The notes beneath the pieces are model-generated. The model did not search any database and had not been told where the DNA came from. It was given only the letters and a program-made list of their open reading frames with translations. A stretch of DNA of 63,990 bases from Albugo candida (Eukaryota), in contig JBDOQK010000055.1 in assembly GCA_040437565.1 (NCBI GenBank), positions 124,011 to 188,000 on the forward strand, in the 5' to 3' direction. Of this stretch, positions 11,809 to 24,900 are shown piece by piece. Position 1 is the stretch's first letter. Every line of letters starts with the position of its first letter. The translations under genes were made by a program, and so were the position numbers.

Positions 11809-13017
11809 CTATAATATAGCGATTTGACTTTTGTAATTTCCACGTGACGAAAGATCGGCCGCGGTCGCCTCGAGAGCAATAGCGCCATGATTTGGTCGAT
11901 TCAGTTTGGGCGTTTGGACCTTTCGCGATCGTTTGCGAATTGCAAACGCAGTCACCGCCAATATACAAACAGCCAAAATACATCCAACGAGAGCGACAGC
12001 AACGGGAGAGGAGAATACGCTTTTCAAATAGGGTGTTGATTTCCCTTCTGCTGCAAACTGAACTGATTTCGAGGTGTTAGATGCTCCATTTGGAATATTC
12101 ATCAGCGAAAAATGAGGTGTGGAAGTGGGTGTCTTTATATCACTCGTTCTAAGCCTCGTGTCGACCGCTAAGGGAATATTTCCATCTACTGTGTTCTCAG
12201 GTACATTCGATACGGTTGATCCATTTTCAGATCCGATGTGCATTAGAGAAAACGGAGGAGTCGACAACGGTTCTCGCGTCCCGGAAGCAATTGACATCAA
12301 TGAAGCCGAAGGTGGTCTACTTGATTGGGTAGGAGCTTTGAACATTTGAGCTGATCGTTGAAATTGTGAATTTGTGTCTACACACGACCCAGGCGAAATC
12401 GCCACAACTCGCTGCAAAGTTTGGCCAGAAGATGATGTCATGGATACCTGCAGTTTACTCAGATCGAGTCCATTATTACTTTCAACTTTAAAGTAGTAAG
12501 CTGATCCCATTTGTTGAGCGCTGATCCCATTGATACTTAGGCTCTTAACACCTGATAATGCCTGTGAGGGTTGGATAGCTGTCCAATACGGATTGCTCCC
12601 AGGCTTCAAGCAGAGTTTCAAACTCGTGTCACTAAGTGGGCAGTCGACAAAATTCCACTGAACTTTAAGTCGACTTGGAGATGATCCTGTGATGGTTCGA
12701 AAGACAGTTGGCGATACATCGAGGTCTCCATAAGCGCATTCTGGACATCGATCTAAGATGTACACTATCTCACTACTCTTCGACGTGCACGCTGGATCCA
12801 AGCAGGTGACTTGGGCACATCGGCCGCATTCAAGCCCATTATTCCACTGTGCGTTATTGATCGCCGCATACTTTGTGGTTGCAGCCTGTGGCCAGGTCAT
12901 AAAGTTGCAGTTTCCGGACAAAGGTGAACTCAGTGAATAAGCCGTTCCATCACCGTTGAAAGCGATAATCTTCCTCGTCCCTGTGAACAGCGTCACCAAT
13001 GCAAGCCGTAGTTTCAT
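11809..13017 (-). CDS. Expansin-like protein (DPBB plus CBM63-like domain) with S/T/P stalk and C-terminal TM helix
   Basis: FNGDGTAY, YAAINNAQW, CGRCAQV, DRCPECAYGDLDVS, WNFVDCP and GSNPYWTAIQ, followed by a hydrophobic segment (VAVALVGCILAVCILAVTAFAI) and a basic tail. Confidence 0.9.
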   Translation of the reverse strand: MKLRLALVTLFTGTRKIIAFNGDGTAYSLSSPLSGNCNFMTWPQAATTKYAAINNAQWNNGLECGRCAQVTCLDPACTSKSSEIVYILDRCPECAYGDLDVSPTVFRTITGSSPSRLKVQWNFVDCPLSDTSLKLCLKPGSNPYWTAIQPSQALSGVKSLSINGISAQQMGSAYYFKVESNNGLDLSKLQVSMTSSSGQTLQRVVAISPGSCVDTNSQFQRSAQMFKAPTQSSRPPSASLMSIASGTREPLSTPPFSLMHIGSENGSTVSNVPENTVDGNIPLAVDTRLRTSDIKTPTSTPHFSLMNIPNGASNTSKSVQFAAEGKSTPYLKSVFSSPVAVALVGCILAVCILAVTAFAIRKRSRKVQTPKLNRPNHGAIALEATAADLSSRGNYKSQIAIL

Positions 13018-13243
13018 AGTCGCAGACTGTTTTGCTAAAGCTAAGATGGGGGCAAATAACGAAATGATTGATGAGCAAGCTGGCAGGTACGAAGGTTACA
13101 CGAAAAGCATTTTCTGAATACTTTAAAGAAGTCGTTTCGTATCACATGACTGGAAGCACAAGCATCTCAGAAGCGTTTCGTTGTAGAAAATTGTAACGAA
13201 ACCTGTATTTTAGGCTTACAATTTTTAAATATAAGATCTTCCA

Positions 13244-13708
13244 TCAACTTTGCACGATGCCGTATAAAAATCCAGCCACAAATCCAGAAGAAGACGGAAG
13301 ATTCTTCTCCATCGTTTGCAGAAATCGATTCCAGAGGATATGACAATCACGGACTGTGAAACCAGTCGACTTCCGTTTAGGATCAATGACGTGTGCGATA
13401 TCGCGCTCTACTTTTTTCCAATTGATTGAAATGTACCCTTGTGAGTGCGCAATTTGAGCTACCAGAAAGCCTCCACCGATGCTCAAAGCTGCTAATTTTC
13501 CGACATGACCAACGGCATACCCCGAACAGAATCCAAGAACACCACCAAATGATATTTCTCCGAAATGGCCAGCCATGCGTTCGACGAACTTTGACACCAT
13601 ATCTTCCACGATTCGATCCGAACGAGGTTCATCTTCATCGGAAGGATTTTCTTTCGCGTCATTTTGAGACTTTTGCTCACATATGGCTATTGGGGATACA
13701 GTGTGAGG
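13244..13708 (-). CDS. FUN14-domain mitochondrial outer membrane protein (true start probably further upstream via an intron)
   Basis: SFGGVLGFCSGYA...GKLAALSIGGGFL...GYISINWKKVE...GFVAGFLYG matches the FUN14 signature. Confidence 0.85.
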   Translation of the reverse strand, partial: PHTVSPIAICEQKSQNDAKENPSDEDEPRSDRIVEDMVSKFVERMAGHFGEISFGGVLGFCSGYAVGHVGKLAALSIGGGFLVAQIAHSQGYISINWKKVERDIAHVIDPKRKSTGFTVRDCHILWNRFLQTMEKNLPSSSGFVAGFLYGIVQS

Positions 13709-14399
13709 CTATGAGAGACAATCACGCTTCTTTTTACCCGTAGTGAATGAGTGGAGGAGTCCAGCACAAGTGCACAAAAGCATTGGATTTTTTACTGAGA
13801 CAGAAAGCTGTCAATTGAATCGATAAGAAGAACGGAATGGCGAATACCTGCGGTGAATGCGTTGAATGGACGATTAAGGTGGCATCTAGACCCGGAGTGC
13901 ATGATTTTGAGACGATTTATAGCTTCATTTCGTAGTCGAAATGGATGCAGTACTATGTGAATTGATGTTAGTGATATGCGTTTGAGTTGACTTATACGGA
14001 GACGTACTCGTAAGTAGCGAAAGACGTGCATTTGCTCTGTGCACAGACATAGTTGAGCGGCCGACAGTTGTCAAATTGTCAGAGAAGTTGGCTCAACAAG
14101 TTGACTTATAAGAACCAGTTGCTGCATCCAAATTGAGCACTCACTTTACGGATGACACGCTATATCGGGTACGAAATGGACTAAGAACACAACGTCATGA
14201 AAGACTGATCGCTGAAAGAAGACGGAAGTATATTTCTATCAAAAGATTATTAGATCTTGTCAATGTGCGGAGCCTGTGAAGCATCTACTATTTGAATATA
14301 TAAAAGTCGAAACGGAATGAATGGAAACGATAAGAGAGAAATGCTATATAGTATTCTCAATGGTACTCTTTCTCCAGAGATTCCCCAGTCATATCGTAA

Positions 14400-16600
14400 A
14401 TGCAGAAGAGGTTCAAATCAGCACCTTTCAACTGGGTTGGAGACGACCCCTTTTCAATCAAAAATAGTTCCGAAATGATGAGAAGATTTATATAGAGGTA
14501 TACTCGATACAGCTGGCTATCACGAAGTCGTTGTTGCATCTACCTACCAATGTAGGAGTAGATGTAATAATGTGCCGTCGCATGCAACGACCTAAGAAGT
14601 GTCAATCATCCGCGAATAAAGGACCCACAAATACTCGAGCTGATATTTTCAAACCTATAGTCTGTAGCATGTACATGCCAGAATAAATGCACATTAGGCG
14701 TTCTGAAGGCAACTTACAAGAGCAAAGAACACTTTGTAGGTAGTCGACGATAGCATACGCCGATTCTCCGACCTCATGCAGTTTATCAAAGTGAATCCGA
14801 AGTAGATTCACTTGAAGGTATTGCTATGGAGTTTCCTGAATTCTTGTAAAACAATTGATGCCTACAGAACATTGACTCAAGTCTGAGATGGTGTGAGCAT
14901 TGGCCATCATAGACCTCCTCGGTGCTGTATTACAACGTTGCTGCCAAGACGCCAGACACTGAAGCCAATTGAATATGCATCCAGGTAACCCATGTGTGAT
15001 GTTTGAATCGGTTCCATAAGATTGCCCTTTTGCAAGCATCGAGCATGCTTTCCGAGTAGAAGGTGCTCAGCCGACATAAGACACGAGCTTGGTTGGTAGT
15101 GCCATCTTTCGGAGTGACGTGAAGCGGTAGTCTTTATTCGGTATGAATTCATCCATCTGACAGGTCTGCATACATTCGCCTGCATATTGTAGATTGAAGA
15201 AAGGAATCACCAATCCATGGAGACAGCACCCGTGAGCCCTTGTACAATCGGTCCGGTCCGTTTGTTTCTCCTTCCTTCGTACTCGGCGACTGGAAGTATC
15301 TATGCATTCAGTCCACGTCCGGATTGTATGTGGAGCTTTATCAAAGTAGCTGAACTGATCCACAGAATCTGCATGTATGTTACTAGTGACGTTTCTTTGG
15401 CTTACGAAATCTTGCATTGCTGCAAATACGGTTATCTTCCATTCTTCTCTTTGCCGTACGCTGCATACGAACTGCTACAAGAAAATCTGTGAATCGTTGA
15501 TGATATTTTGTTCCCTACGGCGTTAAAGAAATCGTTGGTATCCGACCCGACTACTCCTCGCTACTCGTATTTGGTAAGACGGGAATAGATACACATCAAC
15601 GAGGATTGGAGTTCCCTATTGTTATTGTGTGATGTCGTTCGCATTTTGTGGTCCTATAACAGTGATACTCTAAAAAGTCTATCTCGCGTCTGACTTGGTA
15701 GAGTTGGTGAATTCGAAGTTGATATGAACGCAAACCATGAAAAAAGAGGTATATTTTGCGACTAGTTGGCTACGGACAAAGTGCCAACAAAACGATAGCT
15801 GTTAAAGTAAAGGCCCGATCTTCGTTAGGGAATTGCGACCTGACATCTCGATAGAGATTGCTCTCCGGAACGTCCCGCTGATTCTGATCAACAAATAGAA
15901 AATGTTGCACAAAAAATGGCAGATCCCAAGCTATTTTTACTTGTTTGAAATATTTTTTGGCTATATCGTAATGCGGTTCCTTTGAAGTACCTGTCATTCC
16001 ATCGAAGATATCCTGTAGAACTTTTTTTAATTCACAGGGTTTTTGTGGGTGAGCCACTGGTTGCCAATAGCACTTGCGCAAATTTTCCTGTCTGACAGAT
16101 TCGTCTTTTTCAGACTCCGACAGTTGCTTATGCTAAACTGAAGAACACCATCCATACTCGTGTATATTTCTTGGCGTTCATATCCTGTCGGCACCCCCAC
16201 GACTCTGAACAATGAAGAAGATAAGACCAGTGACAAAGGATTTTCGGAAAGCCATGTGTGATGTTTATGAATGTTGCAAAATAGGAAGTGAGTAGACTTA
16301 TGAGCACTGCGTCTCTCGGTATAATGCGTGTCGAAACCCCCAGCCTTATATAAAGCTGGGTCTAAGTCTTTTCTCGTCAAAACGGGTTATAACCTGCCCC
16401 TCATGGTATCTTTCCCCTCCTTCAAGCTCCATAATGCGCTCTCTTGCAGTGACGACAGGTACGTGTATGCAACACATTTCGTCTTCCTCCTCCTGGCAGT
16501 GCTATATTGCTTATGTTGTACAGGTGGAAGTTTGAACACTTAGTTCCTAGGAACACTGAGTTCTTCATACTCCGAGTAGAGAACGCCGTCGAATTCGTGT
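14400..16600 (-). pseudogene. Decayed KDZ (Kyakuja-Dileera-Zisupton)-like transposase
   Basis: Frameshifted pieces in KDZ order: Cys-containing N-terminal part, LCP...VCVHINFE (cf. CP..vciDgNF), GCCLHGLVIPFFNLQYAGE (cf. CRHG..GE) and KHARCLQ..MGYLD. Many stops. Boundaries are approximate. Confidence 0.5.
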
Positions 16601-18160
16601 GACTTTATGATCGGGTGCGGGGCAATACTACGGCAGGAAAATGCTCGAGACATGAGTCTAATGCTTTTTTCTGTTTTTTTCTTTTACATCGACACTGTTC
16701 AAGAGAAGTCTGTGTGAGTTATCATCAACTCTATACTCTAGCTGTGAATATTTTCAAATACAGAAACTATTGAGTATGCTTGAACCTTTTGATACAGAAA
16801 ATTTGATGAATTTCTACACATTTTTACAAGTTCGGCTTTCCTAAGAGTACATTTTGATATCGTTCCGCTATGCGTGAAAAGGTTTGAGAGGAGAAAGTCA
16901 AATGGGCTATACTCCTTCCCTTGACCCATCCTTGGCTCATAATCACGCTACTTGAGGTTAAGGGGATCAGGTTGTATTCCAACATAAGGTGGCGAACACA
17001 AAGGATAAGTCGCGGTCCTTCTCGATAAGGCACCAGCTCACCGTATCGCGCACGCCGACTACTAGCAAGAATGGATAGCGACTGAAGTGATCGTAGGCGA
17101 CGATTGTATCACTGAAATGGTAGTACATGCTTAAAACGTGTTCTGGTTGCCGAGATTATATGATGCACGGCTGAGTATTGCCCAAAGTCTCTTGCCGCTT
17201 ACTGTCGAAAGAGAGCTCTATCAGAACTAGATGAGGTGAGATCCTAACGGAAATGAAATTAGTACTGAGATGGTCTTCACCCAGAGGTCATCCTACACAG
17301 CGTGATGGCGAATACCGCCATCCAAGGGGACCTGAGTAAGCCGTACAATGTTGCCGATGCCGCAGCTACAGCTCAAAAATCTATTTCATACCTGCTCGGA
17401 GCAACCTGAAGCAGCTTTGCTTTTCACAGCAGAAAACGTTTTACAGTCATTCTATCCGGCAAGCTGTCTGTTAATTTCAGATCAATAAATATTACATTAT
17501 TCTGACAAAAGATCCACATAAGCACCTTTCTGTAGAGAGATGAGAACGAGGGAATCAGTGGAGGAACAGCGACTTTGGGTACGCTTTATACTAGCGCTCA
17601 CTGCAGTTATTCACTACAGTAAGAATGCGTTCTTGAAGAATTTGGGCACATGTGCTCAATAGACTGATACCTCCTATTTGGTGGAGGATGTAGAAAGATC
17701 GACGCAGTACTCTGATTATACAAGCAAGTGTCTCGACTCGGCAAGGAAATAACCGTTATCCGAACGCTTCATACGGTATTACGCTCCAGCGCATGAAAGC
17801 AGCAAATACAAAAAGCTCATCGCAATTGTCCGATAATTCGTGTACCCCTCGAGCTCTTCTGTCCTATCGCATCTCGAATCATCGTGCCGAAACATTTGCC
17901 TGTATCGTAGACCTCGTACTCTCATTGCTCATCTTCAAAGCTATATATCAAACTTTCATGCTCTTCGGGCACCTGAGCATGACAGCAGATTAAGATTGAA
18001 TATAACCATCAACTACTCGTATTGCTAATAACACGATGAATTGGATGTGCATTTCCCAATATACGCTGTCACTCGTACCATATTGTTCGAACCATTCATT
18101 ACTACTCTAATGCTTACTTGACTGCTCCTTCTCCGTAAATCATTCACCGATTGTGTGCCA

Positions 18161-19816
18161 ATGAAAAGCTACCAAATTGGACGCGATGTCATCTTGCGAT
18201 GTCACATCGCAAATGTTCGTATTTCAGGAATTTTCGCAAGTCGAATAATTCGAGATGTCTCTGAACGATGGAATATGCGTGTCGACTCGATGCCATCGCA
18301 GTTGTGGGGTCAATACATGGCAGGAACGGCGATGCTTGGCTCTTTTTGTAAAGGGGAAGAACGAATACGATTGACACTCCGATCATCTGATGTATCCGAT
18401 TTGTATGTGGAAGCAATGGCACTTGGGGAGGTGAGTCTTCCGTGGATCGACCAACGGAAGCTCTTTATCTCACTTCTCTTTTTAAGGTTCGAGGACGCAT
18501 CCTGGCCGATAAAAGTGCAGCAGTTTATGAAGTTCCAGGTAGATCACACTTTGTTCGGGTGACACGAATAGCGATTGATGCTCTCTGCGACAGCATCGAT
18601 GCAGCTGGATAAAATTCTGTATGACGCTAAAACGCCGTACACCACTTATACGAAAGCAACGGGTAATGCCGCTGAGGATTTTCAGTCTTTTTATGATCGA
18701 TCCGAGCAGATACCCACCAAAGTGGCTATCACATCCGACGGAATGAACTGCTGTGGAATCACTATTCAAGAGCTTCCAGATGATCGTGCCAAAGAAATTG
18801 ATGTCNNNNNNNNNNNNNNNNNNNNNNNNNNNNNNNNNNNNNNNNNNNNNNNNNNNNNNNNNNNNNNNNNNNNNNNNNNNNNNNNNNNNNNNNNNNNNNN
18901 NNNNNACATCGCAAATGTTCGTATTTCAGGAATTTTCGCAAGTCGAATAATTCGAGATGTCTCTGAACGATGGAATATGCGTGTCGACTCGATGCCATCG
19001 CAGTTGTGGGGTCAATACATGGCAGGAACGGCGATGCTTGGCTCTTTTTGTAAAGGGGAAGAACGAATACGATTGACACTCCGATCATCTGATGTATCCG
19101 ATTTGTATGTGGAAGCAATGGCACTTGGGGAGGTGAGTCTTCCGTGGATCGACCAACGGAAGCTCTTTATCTCACTTCTCTTTTTAAGGTTCGAGGACGC
19201 ATCCTGGCCGATAAAAGTGCAGCAGTTTATGAAGTTCCAGGTAGATCACACTTTGTTCGGGTGACACGAATAGCGATTGATGCTCTCTGCGACAGCATCG
19301 ATGCAGCTGGATAAAATTCTGTATGACGCTAAAACGCCGTACACCACTTATACGAAAGCAACGGGTAATGCCGCTGAGGATTTTCAGTCTTTTTATGATC
19401 GATCCGAGCAGATACCCACCAAAGTGGCTATCACATCCGACGGAATGAACTGCTGTGGAATCACTATTCAAGAGCTTGCAGATGATCGTGCCAAAGAAAT
19501 TGATGTCCAGCAATTGACACTCCAACCTCCATGCTCGTCGTTGAAAGCACCCAAAGGTTTTGTCGCGTATGTCAATACATTGCTCGATTATGAAGCCGTT
19601 CAAGAAAATCAAATTCGTCGTATTCCGCTGGACTATTATTGTCGATGTTCTAGAAGCAAATTCGCGACGAGAATGGCACAATTGCCAACGCAAAGCATTT
19701 GGGATCTTTGGAAAACACTGCCAAAAGGAGATAATTTGTGCCTTACCTGTCAATTTTGCAATGAGAGATATTACTTTTCACGTCAACAAATTGAAGAATT
19801 ACTTGCAGAGAAATGA
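18161..19816 (+). CDS. hslO: Hsp33 (HslO)-family redox-regulated chaperone, 3 exons (18906-19507 duplicated by assembly overlap)
   Basis: A GEVRG motif forms across intron 1, followed by FYDRSEQIPT, GITIQEL and a C-terminal CRC-x33-CQFC zinc switch. Confidence 0.85.
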
Positions 19817-19836
19817 AGATAAGAGGAATGACAACC

Positions 19837-21724
<1,888 letters not shown>

Positions 21725-21931
21725 TTACTTTCGTGCGTAGCTTTTCTCAGATATACTCAGATTCAGATTGAGTCAGGTCTGAGTCGGAATACGTAGTAAT
21801 GATTGGCTGCAAAAAAGGTATTCTCGTCGTAGATTGACTGAAATCATGAACTCGATGCTTCTGATTGAGTAAAAAAGTGTCGTGAGCTTCTTGCGATCTT
21901 GAATGGACACATACTACCGATTCAAGATCAG

Positions 21932-24900
21932 ATGCGTCATGAGGAGCATGGGGTGAGACAAGATGCAGATTCGCTACTTATAGATACGGATGGGATCCCA
22001 ACATCCATGCAACCACTGCATATCGACGCTCACACGCAAATAATGGACCGAATTGTTGCAATAGCCTGTGTCTATGGCCTTGCTTCCATTCACTCCAATA
22101 TCTCTTCTCTCATAGAAAAAGACGACATACGAAACCTTGTACGATGCTTTGTCAATGTTTTAATGAATGATCAAGCTACTTGTTACCACAGAGGTAATGA
22201 TACAATGTTTTTTTATCGTATTGAATCCTGAGATGGTTTGACGTTTGACAAGCGCTAGCAACTCGTGCTTTTGGATTATTGTCGATTTTTGATGCAAAAT
22301 GGCGCACCAATCTATCAGTGGACACTTCGAAAATTGTGGATACAATTTTGAAGCTTATTGAAGACTGTAAATCTCGCTTTACATCACCAGTTACTCGACG
22401 AATACACGTTAATTCCTGTATAGTTATCTCATTACTGTTGCAATGTAAGGTTTTAACTTTCGCTCCATTGATGCTTACTCCTACTGAAAGCCTTGGTTTG
22501 ATGCTGAAAAGATGAAAGCTCCTCCAGCCCAGTCATTCCGCTGGAGTCNNNNNNNNNNNNNNNNNNNNNNNNNNNNNNNNNNNNNNNNNNNNNNNNNNNN
22601 NNNNNNNNNNNNNNNNNNNNNNNNNNNNNNNNNNNNNNNNNNNNNNNNCATGGGGTGAGACAAGATGCAGATTCGCTACTTATAGATACGGATGGGATCC
22701 CAACATCCATGCAACCACTGCATATCGACGCTCACACGCAAATAATGGACCGAATTGTTGCAATAGCCTGTGTCTATGGCCTTGCTTCCATTCACTCCAA
22801 TATCTCTTCTCTCATAGAAAAAGACGACATACGAAACCTTGTACGATGCTTTGTCAATGTTTTAATGAATGATCAAGCTACTTGTTACCACAGAGGTAAT
22901 GATACAATGTTTTTTTATCGTATTGAATCCTGAGATGGTTTGACGTTTGACAAGCGCTAGCAACTCGTGCTTTTGGATTATTGTCGATTTTTGATGCAAA
23001 ATGGCGCACCAATCTATCAGTGGACACTTCGAAAATTGTGGATACAATTTTGAAGCTTATTGAAGACTGTAAATCTCGCTTTACATCACCAGTTACTCGA
23101 CGAATACACGTTAATTCCTGTATAGTTATCTCATTACTGTTGCAATGTAAGGTTTTAACTTTCGCTCCATTGATGCTTACTCCTACTGAAAGCCTTGGTT
23201 TGATGCTGAAAAGATGAAAGCTCCTCCAGCCCAGTCATTCCGCTGGAGTCTGATTTACTTGTAATGTCAGCTAAACCCGAAGGAATGCTTGAAGGTCGAC
23301 CTGACAGCATCCTGACTAACAAAGCTTTCCGCAAGAAAAGTAAGAATTTACTCCAAAAAATCACGAGGGAGAATCGAGAAACAGAGGTCGACTCCAGTTT
23401 CTCTAAAATGCAAATTGCTGCATTTGATGCGATTTCAAAACACGATGAGCACCGAATGATACCTTACAAACTCCAGCAGGATCTTAGACACCAAAAGAAA
23501 CGGAAGATGAAGACGTTGACATCCGGTGATGAATTCTTACCAAGACCCATCCAAAAGTCGTCTGCGACTCGTGGAATCAAAACCTCAGCACAACATACCT
23601 TCGAATGGAACCCAGATGCTGGTCGCTTATCTCCTTTACTTACATTTCACTCGAGATCTTCTCGGCAACAAACAGAGGTTGAAGATAGAAACTCTAAATT
23701 TCTGCTGAAGAGCCTATCTTCTCTGTCCTTGTCACCACAAAAACGCCTATCAGTCATTATTTCTACGAGCAATCTCAATGAAGATGTCCAGCACTTCCAG
23801 AACTACCAAATGCGAAACTTTAAGAGCTCATTACTTCAATTCCAAGCACAGGAAGCTCAACTACGAGTTGAAAATAAAAATCTCATAAGTCGAGAGCTTT
23901 CAACCCTTCCTCTAAACTTCTTATTTAAACTTCCTGGAGGAGCAGCATATTGCCGAGTACGCTTGCAACAGGCGTTTTCTCTATGGGTTTCTTTATTTCA
24001 GCAAAGTCAGAAGAAAGTATATCTATACCATTGGAAGGACATCACGGTAAGCGTGAAGTTTCAAGAGCAGCAAAGAAATAATCGTGAAGCAGCTCTTTCA
24101 AAAATCTTACGAACTACTATCAAATTCATTTCTAAGAGACTACAGACCCAAGCACTTGTAAAATGGATAGAGGCTACCCGGTGGATGATATGGAGCGATC
24201 GACACAATGCTTCAATTATGATATCGCGTCTATGGAGAGGTTACAATAATCGAAAAAGAATTTTGCATCTTCATCACTCACTTCAGTCGAGACGAGAGCA
24301 TTTCCAAGATATACGCTTGGCTCCAACTCGTCCTCTGGTTCGCTTTAAACTCTTACCAGCGCTTCGAAACGAAGTACTTAATCTCTGGTCCGCAGTGGTA
24401 ACAATACAGAAAAGAGAGCGGTTCAAAAGTCTCCAAAGGTTTGTTCGAACGCGTACGACAGCGATCATCACGATCCAAGCACATATTCGCCAATTCGAGA
24501 CACAAAAACGCTATAGTAAGCTGATACGTGCATTCACAAAAACTCAGTCAATTTACCGCATGTGGACACATCGTCGAGAGTACCTCAGACTCCGTAGATC
24601 CGCCTTGATTCTTCAAAGATCCTTTCGCTTCTACCATGCGCTTCGTATCGATCACATCTTTGCTCATTTAAAAATCCTACAGTTAGAAAAGGAATGGACA
24701 GCTTCAATTCTTCTACAAAGATTCGCGCGAGGTTTCCTTGCACGTATAATACGAATTCGACTGCAGGAAGAACTAAAGATAAGATTTATTGCGGCGTTGA
24801 AGATCCAGCGATGCTGGTACCGCCACAATGGTGAGAGTTCGACATTTGTACTGCTGTGTTGCTTACGCGAAGAAGAAGAAAGAGAAAATGCGACACGTAA

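Noticed and set aside
21766..21810. ACTCAGA..TCTGAGT palindrome, TGAGTCA and GATTGG (CCAAT) between VPS4 and the giant gene
   Set aside because: Plausible promoter motifs, but too short to distinguish from chance without conservation data.
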